From assembly GCA_000004985.1 (NCBI GenBank), contig GG738875.1: DNA of 64,000 nt; one strand, 5' to 3'. Each line of letters opens with the position of its first letter. The stretch's first letter is position 1. The notes under the pieces were generated by a model. That model saw only the letters and a list, made by a program, of their open reading frames with translations, had not been told where the DNA came from and made no database searches. Both the position numbers and the translations under genes were made by a program. Source of the DNA: Naegleria gruberi (Eukaryota). Shown piece after piece: positions 10,900-22,415 of the stretch.

Positions 10900-12141
10900 A
10901 TGAGTTTATGTATTGGTGGTTGTGGTTTCTATGGAACACCAGAACGTAGAGGATATTGTTCTTCATGTGAAAAAAAGCATCCGAATAATAATTCAAGTAA
11001 TTTAACAAATGACAGCTTCCAAAAATGGAAAGATGAGCATGATAAACAAAAAGAAGAGGAAGAAATTCTAAAGAAACGTTCTGCTGAATATTTAATTGAA
11101 AATCAACAAAAGAAAGTTCGTAATGAGCCTTGTGTGAAATTTAACATGTCGGAAGTCAGTATGTTGACAGATGGTGGATTATTTGTTGAGATTGTCAAGT
11201 TTTTGGAAGTTTCTGATATGTATCACATTATGCTGGCTTCAAAATCAATGAGTTCATTGGTAAATAATGAGTATATTTGGAAAATTTTATTCGAAAACAA
11301 ATATGGAAATGAGGAGAAACCAATAGTTGGAACTTGTTATGAAAATCTCAGAATGAGAGGAAGGTTTACAAGATCTGAAGTGTCATGGAACTATTTCACT
11401 GAAAATCCATGGGTATTAGAAAAGTTGCTCACCATTAAAATTACCAAAATTGGAAAAATTGGAAATCTCAATTCACCATTGGATCAATTAATTCCTCCCT
11501 CAATTAATAGACAAAACATCACTCAAATAATCAAACATTTATGGCAACCACTCAAAAATGACCTTCCACATCTTATTGAACTACTCACACAAAGAATCAA
11601 AAATCTCCTAGTTGTCAGAGATGAATTATCAAGATGGCATTTGATTTATGTTTTTAAATTACAATCAGAGGATGAAGAGGAAGATGAAGAGGATGAAGAG
11701 GAAAATGTTAGGTTTCTCTCAGGAGGTCTGCCTTACCATCCAGGAAACTCTGGAAATGAATTACAATTTGATTGGTGGGGGAAATGTCCAACCTCTCTGA
11801 AAAGTTTCATGTCAATTCATAATGGATTTGGTGATAATCCAAGTTTGGATTATAGTAAGGGAACTTTTGATAGTTCAGTATTTGTGAATTATCCAAAGTT
11901 TGATGGATTGGAAGTTTTGACGTTTCATCATGGTGCTGATTTGGATCAATGTAAGTATGATAATATTGTAAATTATTGTAATTTTCAATGAAATTGTAAA
12001 GGTTTTGTAAGAGATTCAGGAAGTTTAGAACTAGAACCAAAAACTGGTCAGTTCTGGAGAAGATATAAAGGTCGTCCATCACCTGAGATTTCATTTTACA
12101 AATTTATGGATTCGTATTATTCACAAGCTTTTCAAGAATAA
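10900..12141 (+). CDS. A20-type zinc finger plus F-box protein, two exons: join(10900..11950,12002..12141).
   Basis: N-terminal MSLCIGGCGFYGTPERRGYCSSCEKK is the A20 zinc-finger signature. An F-box-like stretch follows (LTDGGLFVEIVKFLEVSDMYHIMLASKSMSSLVNNEYIWKILFE), then an acidic EDEEEDEEDEEE tract. The 51-nt GTAAGT...AAAG intron restores the frame to a terminal exon ending ...YSQAFQE*. The true ATG is probably at 10900, in an aaaaaaATG context, not at the track start 10789. Confidence 0.6.
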
Positions 12142-12191
12142 CCGAAACATATCTATTCACTATCTGGCCATGACATTTTCGCAATAAAAAA

Positions 12192-13193
12192 ATGTCGTTA
12201 ATCATTGATGTTGGTTGCTATCAAACAAAGTTTGGACATTCAGATGAAAATTCACCTAAAATTATTTCAACAACAATTAGTGGAGAAAATCAAGAAGTGG
12301 AATATTTTGTAGATAGTAATGGACAATTAGTATCGGAGAAAGTTGGAGAATTTCTTGAAAATGTTTTTGGAATGGATGAGTATCCGGTTGTGATGAGTGA
12401 AAATCCATCATGGGAAAAGAAATTAGCTGATAAAAACATGTTTGAAATTTTATTCGAAAAGTTTCGAATTCCTTCTGTGAATATTGTTAATGAAGCAGAA
12501 TTAATCATGCTTGAGAATGGAAGAACTAATGGATGTGTTTTAAATTCTGGTCATGGAAATAGTTATGCTGTTGTGGTTCGAGATGGAAAATCTGTAAGTG
12601 AAACATTGGTGACAAGTGAATTGGGTGGACGAAACCTATCCGAATATTTGAAAAAGCTCATTTTGGAGAATAGAGGAATGGATATGAATCAATCTATTGC
12701 ATTCACCAAGTCTCTTACAGAATTGAAGGAAACTTTATGTTTAGTTTCGAATGATTATTCGTATGATATACAGCAAGCAGCAGAATTTGAAGAAAGTTTC
12801 TCCCTTCCAGATGGAAACTCAATAACTGTTGGATTGGAACGTTTCAAATCTTGTGAGGAATTATTTTCTCCTTCTCTCACCGAAACCATTGGTTTTCCAG
12901 AGCTAATTGTCAACTCGATTGACAAGTTGGAATTAGAATGGAGAAGAGACACATTTTCTAATATTGTTTTGGCAGGAGGAACGACAATGATTCCAAGATT
13001 TATGGATAGATTAAAGAGTGGTATTAAAGATTTGATTCCAACTGCCACTCCTGTCAACGTGAGAGGTTATTCCAATAGAATTCATTCAGCTTGGAGAGGA
13101 GGCAAGATATTGGCAAATTTGATGAATGGAAAATCGACATTTGGCATGAATATCAATAGGGAAGAATATGCTGAAAGTAAAAGATTGAATTAG
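12192..13193 (+). CDS. Divergent actin-related protein (actin fold, 333 aa).
   Basis: Single exon with an aaaaaaATG context. Actin-family motifs: IIDVGCYQTKFG (phosphate-1 region), VLNSGHGNSYAVVV, LAGGTTMIPRFMDRLKSGIKDL, and the IHSAWRGGKILANL C-terminal pattern. Confidence 0.7.
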   Translation: MSLIIDVGCYQTKFGHSDENSPKIISTTISGENQEVEYFVDSNGQLVSEKVGEFLENVFGMDEYPVVMSENPSWEKKLADKNMFEILFEKFRIPSVNIVNEAELIMLENGRTNGCVLNSGHGNSYAVVVRDGKSVSETLVTSELGGRNLSEYLKKLILENRGMDMNQSIAFTKSLTELKETLCLVSNDYSYDIQQAAEFEESFSLPDGNSITVGLERFKSCEELFSPSLTETIGFPELIVNSIDKLELEWRRDTFSNIVLAGGTTMIPRFMDRLKSGIKDLIPTATPVNVRGYSNRIHSAWRGGKILANLMNGKSTFGMNINREEYAESKRLN

Positions 13194-13203
13194 ATTTTTG
13201 ATT

Positions 13204-16200
13204 CTACTTCTTGTTTTTACAAATACATTGATGGAATATCCAATCTGATAATTGACATTCTCGTGAGCAGTAGTACACTTTTTTACATTCACCACATCTA
13301 CTCTTCACTCCATTTCTTGCACAAAAACAACATCTTGAAGGTTGACTTGTTTTGGCAGGATTGAAAGGTGTGTAATCTTCGGCCTGAAGGTCCGTTGTGC
13401 CTACTTTAAAGGTAATCTTTGAATCCTTTTGAGTGGATAAATGCATTGCAGTAAGCAGGTTTAAACAACCATTTTGAAGGAATGGGTTTGTTCCCATAGA
13501 TTCTTTCATTGCCCAATCTAATAATCCCAAAAATAGAGGATCATTCGTGATTCTAAAATCTTCCATAATATCTGATTTGTAACAAAGTACACCAATTGTG
13601 GATACAAGATTTGCTTTAAGTCTCTCTGGACCAATCAAGCACATTTTTACAAAGTACAACAATCCTCGTTCAGTATTCTTGAGAAGCATGTTTGCTAATT
13701 CTCTGCTTTCACTAGATAGAATTGAGAAGGATTGGGTGCTATGTCTAAATAAAGATACCTGCTCATCACTCAAGTTGTTGGTTTTTGGAGGAATGTGGTG
13801 CTGCACAGCTTTGATTAGTGTTTTAAGAAAATTCTCCTTCTCACTGTCTGACATTGTGCCATAATTAATTACAAAACTAAGAGCACGAATGGAATAATTT
13901 ACGAATTGAGTGTTGTACTTTTGATAATTTTTTAAGTAGCCATACGTTCTCTCCATAATCTTAAATTGTTTTTCAATTTGTTGCCTCATTTCGGGTGGCA
14001 CATTTTGAAGTATTCCGAAAATGACAGCCAAAGAGTTTTCATTTGTTTCCCACACAAGGAATTCCATATTATCAAGATATTCCAAAGCCATTTGAATTCC
14101 TTCCAAATTGTAAACTTCTTGAGGGAAATCCCATGAATAATATTGTACAATATCCATTAGTAATCTAGTAATTTCAGGATCTACAAGTTTGAATCCGGAC
14201 TTGAGATTTTTTTTCAATAGAGAAATAACATGTTCCATACCATTTGCATTATTAAGCATGTAGTGAACGTGATACCTCATCTCATTTTGATTAGCAAATA
14301 GTAGACAAACATCTTTGAATAGAGGGGCACCAAGTTGTTGGATTTTCACATCTTCTTGTATAAGTAAGAAAATTGAGTTATTAATCAAGTGTCCAATTAA
14401 TCCTCCTTCAAGCTTAAGAAGTACCTCTACGTATGATGATCCACCATACCAGTTTCTGATGGATTGGGTTGTTAGTGCAAGTAAGCTTTTCTTTTTGAAT
14501 CTGTCTTTACCAAACATTATCTTGGAGAAGAATTTATCAAAACATTTTTCTTGATTCAGTTTTGATTTGTTATCTTGGCTCATAAACATGAACATGTTAG
14601 AATAGAAAATATTGAGGTAGATAAGATCTTCATCACTAATATCATCAGCATGTTTGATTAACCTGCACCACTCCAGATCAAAATTCATTTTACACAACCT
14701 CTTCATACCTTCCGAGTCGAGTAACAATTCTCCCAATGTATCATCTTTGCAAGATTTTCCGCTGTTAATTGCAGAAATAGCCCTTTCCAATAATATCTTC
14801 ATTTCTTTAGAAAACATGCCATCAGAGAGCTTGTTAAATGTTGTTGAAGTTGGAATGTGTTGATTTAACTGAGACAGATTTTCATCGCCTACAGTATTAG
14901 ATGGAAGGTTGTAAGGCTGAAACATTATATTAGGTTCTGTGCTTGTTGTTTTGTTCTTTTTCTTTTCTATTTTTTTGGAAGCCTGTTCTACAGATTTTCT
15001 AATATTCTCAACATTGTCAAGTACTATTCCGTACCCTCTGACTGCTTTTTCTAAAGCATTGAACGAACTAATATTACCAGTATTTGCAGCAATCTCAATA
15101 CAGTTACATCCTTCTTTAGTTTTTTGCGTCATTAGTAATTGAGCAATCTTAATTTTATCTTTCATATCTTTACTTGTCTTTTCAAAATGGCTGAAAATTG
15201 CATTTACCAGTTCTTCGTTTCCATGAGATGCAACATATATCATAATAGAATTTCCTAAACTGTCTATTAACATAGGATTGGCTCCAACACTCAATAAATA
15301 TAAAACCAATTTTGGTCGATTACTCATACAAGCTGCGTGCAATGGTAAATATTTCACACCATTTGGGACTTGGTTTACATTAATTTTTTGCTTTCTATAT
15401 CCCAAAATCAAGCGAACTATATCCAAATTTCCCTGCAGACAAGCCTGTACCAGAGGTGTTAGCTTTGTAACCTTTTTTTCAATTAACCATGGTATGTTAA
15501 TATCTGGGACAGCTTGACTTTCAAGTAATATTTTCACACATGTTGCATGACCCTCAAATATTGCCATATTCAAAGAATCAGAAGATGGAATTACTTGATT
15601 GTCCAAAAGAATTTGTAAACAATTGGTATTTCCTTTAGAGCACGCCAATGCAGACAAAGTAAATAGCTCTTCATGAAGGTACTGGTTCTTGGATAACGCT
15701 CCAACTTCAATTAATGTCTGTGTGGCTTGAAAGTGGCTATGTGATACACTTACTGATAACGGTGTAAGTTTTGATTCATCTAATAAAAACTGGTCTGCTC
15801 CTAATTCTGTTACAAGAATATCTATTACTTGGGAATGAATACAGTTCTCACAAACAGAATGATCACAGGATGGTTTTCCAATCATACTAAAACCTCCCAT
15901 ATCTTTGGTAATAGGTGAGTTACCACTTGCTGCCAAGTGTAGAGAAGTGCTCCCATAAGAATTTTTCTCATTTACATCCAAATATTCCATAAAATTGTTA
16001 TCAATAAGAAATCTCAAAGAATCCACTGCTCCTGTTTCTGCAATCATATGAAGAAAACCTTGTCCCTTGATTTTAACCTTTGAAATTTCTTCCTTAGTAA
16101 TGATTTTCCCAGTGAAAAGAAATGAATTCAAGATAATTTCCAATGATTCTACAGAATTCCTTGATAGTGAAATAACAAAAGGAGATCCACTTTTTTCCTC

Positions 16201-17048
16201 ATTGGACATGAAAAGATTCTTGAGATTAGTAGCTTGAGATGGATCTCTGATATACTCTTCATATAATCTTTTCAAAAGTAAATCTAGGAATGCAGGCTCA
16301 ACGAGCAAACAAGTCATTTGAAGAACATTATACTTGAAAGGTGGGCTCGTTCTCTCTTCCCATCTGCATCCTTTTTGTAAGAGGAACTGAAAAGCTTCCT
16401 TATTATCTACCAGTAATGCTACTAGCAAAGCATTCACACGAGAAGTAAAACCAATGTCAATATTTGCAGTTGAATTAACATCATGCTTGTCTTGTTCCAC
16501 GAATTTTCGTAAGCTTGTCATGTCACTATTGACAATAACCTGAAAGAATGGCGTTAATGTACTTGTTAATCCTTTGATTCTTTCCTTTAGTTCCTCCTTT
16601 CCAGTTTCAAAACTGTCCAATTCAGACATTGTAATTCCTTTCTTCAATTTCTTTCGAATTACTCTAATTTCCTCTTTTAATTTCTTGATCAACTCAATTC
16701 CTTCCTTATTGTCAGCACTACCGTCAGACTGCAACAGTTCCAAAGCATCGGAACATGTTTTTGCAGCCTGATCATAGTTCTTCAATAACTTCAAGCTGGT
16801 TACTTTTCTGTGGTATTCTTTTCAATGCAAGCCTCACTATCATGGAGAGCATTGTAGTAATGACCCAAATCTATGTTTGCTTTTGCCCTATTCGAATAAC
16901 TTAAATGATCATTCTCATCAAGAGCAATTGCTCTCGAATAAGAGTTGATTGCCAGTTGCAATTTATTGCTTTTCATCAGAGCATTTCCTTCTTGTCTATA
17001 TTCCTCGGCTGTTTTGCCCATTTTTTTGTTGTCTTCTCCATACAACAT
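13204..17048 (-). CDS. Protein with N-terminal tetratricopeptide repeats (TPR), central ankyrin repeats and a C-terminal MYND zinc finger, about 1280 aa.
   Basis: TPR-like N-terminus at 16800-17048 (YRQEGNALMKSNKLQLAINSYSRAIALDENDHLSYSNRAKANIDLGHYYNAL). Multiple ANK repeats (LHLAASGNSPI..., LHAACMSNRPKLVLYLLSVGANPML). C-terminal MYND finger CCFCARNGVKSRCGECKKVYYCSRECQLSDWIFHQC. The two ORFs at 16800-17048 and 13204-16794 are 5 nt apart in different frames with no possible intron, so a frame break, a start at M16794, or a sequencing indel is implied. Confidence 0.7.
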
Positions 17049-17207
17049 GATAATCCGAATAATTGTTAGCCATCATCAACTTTGTGTGTATACAACCACA
17101 ACAGCTTATTCATCTTCTTCTTTACCGTTACGAAATTTGATATGAAGATTTAATCCATTTTTTAAAAAATATTAAAATTTCCATTTTAAAATTCAAAAAC
17201 AATAAAA

Positions 17208-17495
17208 ATGTCCTTTGTATTATTGCAAGTGTTGACCGTTATTCCTGTGGTGGTGCTTTTCTCTACTATGGATGCACAACAGGCTCGTTTCTATGCTAAT
17301 ACATTCCGTTCCATGATGAACAAGTATCAGGAGAAGGCTACAGAGTTTCAAGATGAGTACAAGAGGATGATTACTAATAGTCGTGATGGAAGGAAACAAA
17401 TTACATCTTTATCATTATCATCATTGGAGCAACAACAACAACAAATTCAAGAGTTTGATCAAGTAGTGGAAGATGTTATGAGAACATCAAAATAA
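17208..17495 (+). CDS. Small 95-aa protein with a hydrophobic N-terminus and a Gln-rich tail.
   Basis: ORF with an acaataaaaATG context. Predicted signal or anchor MSFVLLQVLTVIPVVVLFS. No recognised domain. Confidence 0.3.
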   Translation: MSFVLLQVLTVIPVVVLFSTMDAQQARFYANTFRSMMNKYQEKATEFQDEYKRMITNSRDGRKQITSLSLSSLEQQQQQIQEFDQVVEDVMRTSK

Positions 17496-17543
17496 TTTAT
17501 TATCAAAATTTTAGCTAGGAAGAGAGGAACAAATCATATATAT

Positions 17544-18596
17544 TTACAGGTTGTTATTTGTACAATATTCATTTACAAGTCGTGAAATTCTCTTCAGATG
17601 GCCAATCTTCTTAATATTGAATTTATCCCGATAATCATCAGTGGTAAAGTTTTTAAGCTGGTCTACAGTGATCAACTTCTTCTTGGCGAAGACTTTCACA
17701 TATTCTCCCATTTCATTGGCATTCAACATGTCTTCTACGAGATAGGTTGGTGGTTTAGAGGTCTGAATGGAAACCACTGGTGATGATTCATTACTCAATT
17801 CAATCACTCGTGTAAGAAGGAAGGTTATAAATTCAGGTGTCTTTTTGAAGGTTGGCATAATTTCATTATTGAATTGCATTTTCAGTGCTAAATCTATTTT
17901 CTCCATACATCTATCGATGGATTCTATTGTTGTAAGATGTGAAATATTTTCCTTTCTGGATGGTGAGAAGGAGGTGGATGATTGATATACAGATTGTGCT
18001 AATTGTCTAATAGCACTTGGTAAATTTACACAGGTTTTACTTTCCATGTCGATGAAAGTATTGTAAAAGTTTTGGAACTGTTTCACTTTGAGGGAGGCAA
18101 TTTCACCAAGTTCTAAACTTGATGTAGGAGAGGTAATTTGTGGTCTATTCGCTTTGAATAATCCAAAAGGAGATGAGGAAGTAGATGGTGAAGGTGGACT
18201 CGATGTAGTTGGAGAAGCTCTCTTTTGTGTATTATTCGAATAACTATTTCTTATCAGAGCAATATGTTGTAGACAAGAAAGCATTTCTTCATTCTTTCTT
18301 CTCTTGAGATATTCCTTCAGAACTTCAATACAGTCATCGTTCAACTCTACAATTGCCTCTATTGAATGATAGAGTTTGAGTTGTTCCTGAATGGCACTTG
18401 GTGATCTACTTGTCATTTCCTCACTCTCCACCACTCTTACTAAGTGGTTATTCATAGTAGTAGTGGTAGTATTAGTTGTGTTAACAGAAGAACACGACAT
18501 ATCCAATCGAGGTAGAGTAGCCATCGTTATCATTTCTATGGAGCTGATGTTTGTTGTTTTTTTAATGATTTGAAAAGCCAGACGGAACCAACACAT
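17544..18596 (-). CDS. Protein with a C-terminal SAM domain.
   Basis: The C-terminus GEYVKVFAKKKLITVDQLKNFTTDDYRDKFNIKKIGHLKRISRLVNEY fits the SAM consensus. The upstream half is Ser/Thr/Pro-rich low complexity. The start may be M18596 or the downstream MITMATLP. Confidence 0.5.
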   Translation of the reverse strand: MCWFRLAFQIIKKTTNISSIEMITMATLPRLDMSCSSVNTTNTTTTTMNNHLVRVVESEEMTSRSPSAIQEQLKLYHSIEAIVELNDDCIEVLKEYLKRRKNEEMLSCLQHIALIRNSYSNNTQKRASPTTSSPPSPSTSSSPFGLFKANRPQITSPTSSLELGEIASLKVKQFQNFYNTFIDMESKTCVNLPSAIRQLAQSVYQSSTSFSPSRKENISHLTTIESIDRCMEKIDLALKMQFNNEIMPTFKKTPEFITFLLTRVIELSNESSPVVSIQTSKPPTYLVEDMLNANEMGEYVKVFAKKKLITVDQLKNFTTDDYRDKFNIKKIGHLKRISRLVNEYCTNNNL

Positions 18597-18868
18597 CAGT
18601 TTTAAAGAATCATTTGGTGATCTTGCATAATCTGGTTCTTAAAACGTTGAGGGCAGTTGGCGAATATTTATACTGACGAGCTGCTATTTTAACATTGTTT
18701 TGGTTTTTGTGAACGATTGTGACAAAAAGACAATTTTTATTTGGTAAATTACCTCGTACTTATAGCAAGATCCGGATGCGGCACTTGACTAAATTTTAAA
18801 AGAATATTCGAAAACGATGAATTCGTATTAACCATACATTTTGAATATTAGGAATCAATCATATGTTT

Positions 18869-18901
18869 CTTCCTTGATTGGTAATTTAAACCAATCAAGG
18901 A
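18869..18901. promoter_or_regulatory. Perfect inverted repeat with 12-bp arms and a 9-bp spacer, carrying two opposed CCAAT boxes.
   Basis: ttccttgattgg-taatttaaa-ccaatcaaggaa was read directly. It lies about 275 bp upstream of the minus-strand SAM-protein start and about 540 bp downstream of the stop of the RhoGAP-LIM gene. Confidence 0.3.
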
Positions 18902-19436
18902 ATTGCATTGCTTTGCAAAGATGTTGTTGAGAAACATGCCCTTTTAACTTCGTTCAAATCTAACCACACCGTGGCCATTAATTGTCAAAATGAATACCAC
19001 AGTTTGATGTTTTGGTGAAACTGAGAGATATCCAGCGCCAAAATTGCAGCTATTGTCCTTTGTCTATTATAATAATGCATTCAAGTATTGCAACAAGTTT
19101 ACTGTAGTTGGGTTGTTAACTGTAAAGAACAGAAGCATGCCCAACAGGGAAGAGTTCTACATAATTTGATAATAACTGCTGAATGATTCGGGTAAAAGAA
19201 ATTGACACGATTATTTTCGCAATTGGTATAATTTTTCACTTTTGTATATTGGTTTATTGAGCTGAGGATCAATGAAGTGTAGGAATTTAAATATGGAAAG
19301 TAATGGTTGTTCTTGTTAAGATTATTCCATAATGTTAGGTCAAATTATACAGAAGGTTCAAATCGCTAAGTGGAATCAATAACAAATGCAGCCCTTAAGA
19401 AAGGTTTCCAAATGTTTGAATTATTTGTAAATGTTT

Positions 19437-22294
19437 TTATTTTACAGCTTTAGATTTGATGGACTTTCTCTTACATGTGGCACAAACTGGATCACCCAAA
19501 AGGTCATAGAATTTCATATTCTCAAATTCATTACCACACTTTTGACAGACAAAGCATTGTTTGTGGTAGGTCTTGGAGAGGGCCTTAACCATGTCTGCCT
19601 TGTTGATAATCTTTTCTTTACAGGCAGCACACTCCATATCCGTTGAAGCTGCTGCTGGTTTTGGCTTCTTTTCTGGATCTTCTTTGGTTTGATATTTCAC
19701 GTGTTTGTTCTTGTTTTGAATACAAGTAGCACACCAGAATTTACCAGATACATTGGCAAATGGTCCATTAATTTCCTTAATACAGTTAGAACAAGTGAAA
19801 CAGTGTTTGTGGAAGTAACTATCAGATGTTTCCATAAACTCTCCAGTAATTTTCTTTTTGCAAGCTCCACAACGTTTGGTAATTCCTGTATCATCATCGG
19901 ACGAAGAGCTATCCTTCTTCTTATTGTTAGTAGGAAGGAAAACACTAGAAGAAGGAGCTGTCTTATTAATTGATGATTGAGGTGTCTTGTCATCTAAATC
20001 ATTGAATAATACACTCTTGGATGGCTTGTGTTTGTTCTTGATGGCTTCTTCTTCATCACTGTCATCACTATCATCATCACCCTTTCTTGGAGGAGCTGAA
20101 GTGGCATCTGTCTTCTTCTTGAAACGAGAGTCTACAGCAATCTTTTGTCCAATCACAGATCTAGAAGTATTTCTGTTGGAAGATGGAGTATCTCCTGTTT
20201 CAGGATTTTCTTCAGTAGAAGCACGAGTACCTGGTGGAGCACTGTTTGCAGCCATTCTAGAAACTGCATCATCGTCTTCATCTCCCATAACAACATCAAT
20301 TTGGAAGTTTGTAATGCTATAATATTCAAGTGTTTTCTTGAATTGATCTCTGCTTTCTTCGACTTCCTTGGTTCTCTTTGCTTTTTCCTTTTCCAATTCA
20401 ACTTTTTCATTTTCCCAATTGAGTGCAATTTGTTCCCTTTGAAGTTCCCATTCTTGCCTCTTTTGAGCAATGTACTTTTTCTTTTCATCAAGTTGTTCTT
20501 TCAAGTTGGCAAGTTGTCCCTTGATTTGACTTCTTTCAAATTCAATTTCATCCTTTGTACTCTTAATTGTCTCGACCGTTTGCTCGTGAGCAATCTTTTC
20601 ATCTTGGTATTTCTTCTTCCAACTTTCAACAAATTGCATCCAAGATTTTTGGATTCCTTCCCATTCTTCTTCATTTTTAGTTGTTGGTTTTTTAGGTTCT
20701 CTTGGTGAGAAGATACTATTGGAAGAATCACCTGGGCGTTTCAAAGCAATATTGCTACTGCTTGAACTTGGATTTTGTTGTTGTTTGTGATCTTGCAACT
20801 TTTGAATGAATGCATCCAATGTCTTGGTGCCCATCATGTTGTTATTGGACTTGTCCTTTTTCTTTTTGTGATGGATTTTATGTTCCATCTCATTCTCAAA
20901 TATAGAACTATAATTATCAATAATAGCTCCAACTGTTTTACAATAAAAGTCAACCATCTTTTGTGATAATTGTCTAGTGGTGATTAGTTTTGTAGCACTA
21001 ATTGTGCCTTTCTTATTAGCATCGGTGACCTGAATGGCAACCTCTTCATCCTCCTTTACTTTACCACGAAGGAATACTGGTCCAAATACAACACTCAAGG
21101 ATTTAACACTCAATCTATTCTCTTCCTTGTACAAGAGTACTTGCACGAAATAATAGAATAAATCTCTAATAACATTTTTACAAATTGGATTCATATCTTC
21201 GATTTCTCTCCTGATCATATTGACACGTTCATTTTCAGATGTTTGTTCGCTAATTTCTACAAACTTTTGGAATGGTTCAAAGAGACCTCTATCTAAACTT
21301 TTGAAATATTCCAACATTAAATTACAAACAATATTAGGATCGATAGAGTTTGGGAACACAACTGGTGTCAAGTCACCATTCTTTCCTTGTGCTTCATTCA
21401 ATAATTGAATATATCTTTCCTTTTCCATTGTAGATCCTGTCAATCTGAAAATACCTGTTGTTCTTTGAACTCTTTCTTGTTTCAAATAACTCAACATTTT
21501 CTCCAAAACAGGAGGAATACTCTCCATTGCAATTGAAGAGTGAGCTGGGAAGTGATTCTCCAACAATCCTCCAAATAAAATTGGAGAACTCTGATTCACT
21601 TTAATTACACTAGCATTCCTCATCATTGTGTGCATACTATCCGATGAAGCATCAGCAGTATTCTTACCAGTCAACTTGTTCAACAACAAGTGCAAACTAA
21701 CCTTCGGAGGCTCTCCATTATTATTATCTGATGATGATGTTGCTGTTGCTGTTGTTGTTGTTCCACTATTCAAACCACTCATCAAATGTTGTCCAACACC
21801 CACTCCTTTAATTCTTGGTGAGGTAGTTGTAATCTCCTCCACCAACTTATCCGTACTATTACCAATGGCCAATGATGATGAAGAAGCTCCTGCTTCATTT
21901 TTCGATAGGGAAGTTGTAGAATTGGCGGGAGAATTTAAATTACTGCTACTGTTAGTAGCAACGCTTCCACTGCGTGGCGTTGTTTTTGGTGAGGCTGAGC
22001 CACCGTTGAGAAGAGCGAGTGGTGGATCGATGGTGAGAGTGAATTGTTCCTTGATGAGGTTTTTGATGGAGGTACCCCAGTTTACTTTTCTCGATTTAAA
22101 GTTGGTAACGTGGAGTTCATGAGTAGTGGCTGAAGGAGGTGGTATGATTTCTGGATGCTTGGTGATGATTTCTGGCAGCAAGTCATCAATGATGGCGTTT
22201 TGATCGAGTGTGTATTCTTCGGTGATGGTGGGAGTGAGTTGGAGGGTGAAATGTTTGCGAGAATTGGATTTTAGAGAGAAGCTACGAATCATTT
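19437..22294 (-). CDS. Rho GTPase-activating protein (RhoGAP domain) with a coiled-coil region and two C-terminal LIM domains.
   Basis: RhoGAP motifs: TGIFRLTGSTMEKERYIQLLNEAQG...PNIVCNLMLEYFKSLDRGLFEPFQKF. A Glu/Lys-rich heptad region follows (KEQLDEKKKYIAQKRQEWELQREQ...). Two LIM fingers follow: CGACKKKITGEF...HKHCFTCSNC...CATC and CAACKEKIINKADM...HKQCFVCQKC...CATC. The real ATG is likely 22294 (cataaaaaaaATG); the track start is a GTG. Confidence 0.8.
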
Positions 22295-22415
22295 TTTTAT
22301 GATGTTTTTTGTTATCGTCAGACGGGTGACATGTAAGAACCACAGAAGATTGATGATTGGAGTTTAGAAGAATGGATTGAAGCCTTATCAGTGTTAATGG
22401 ATCAGTAAATGAATT

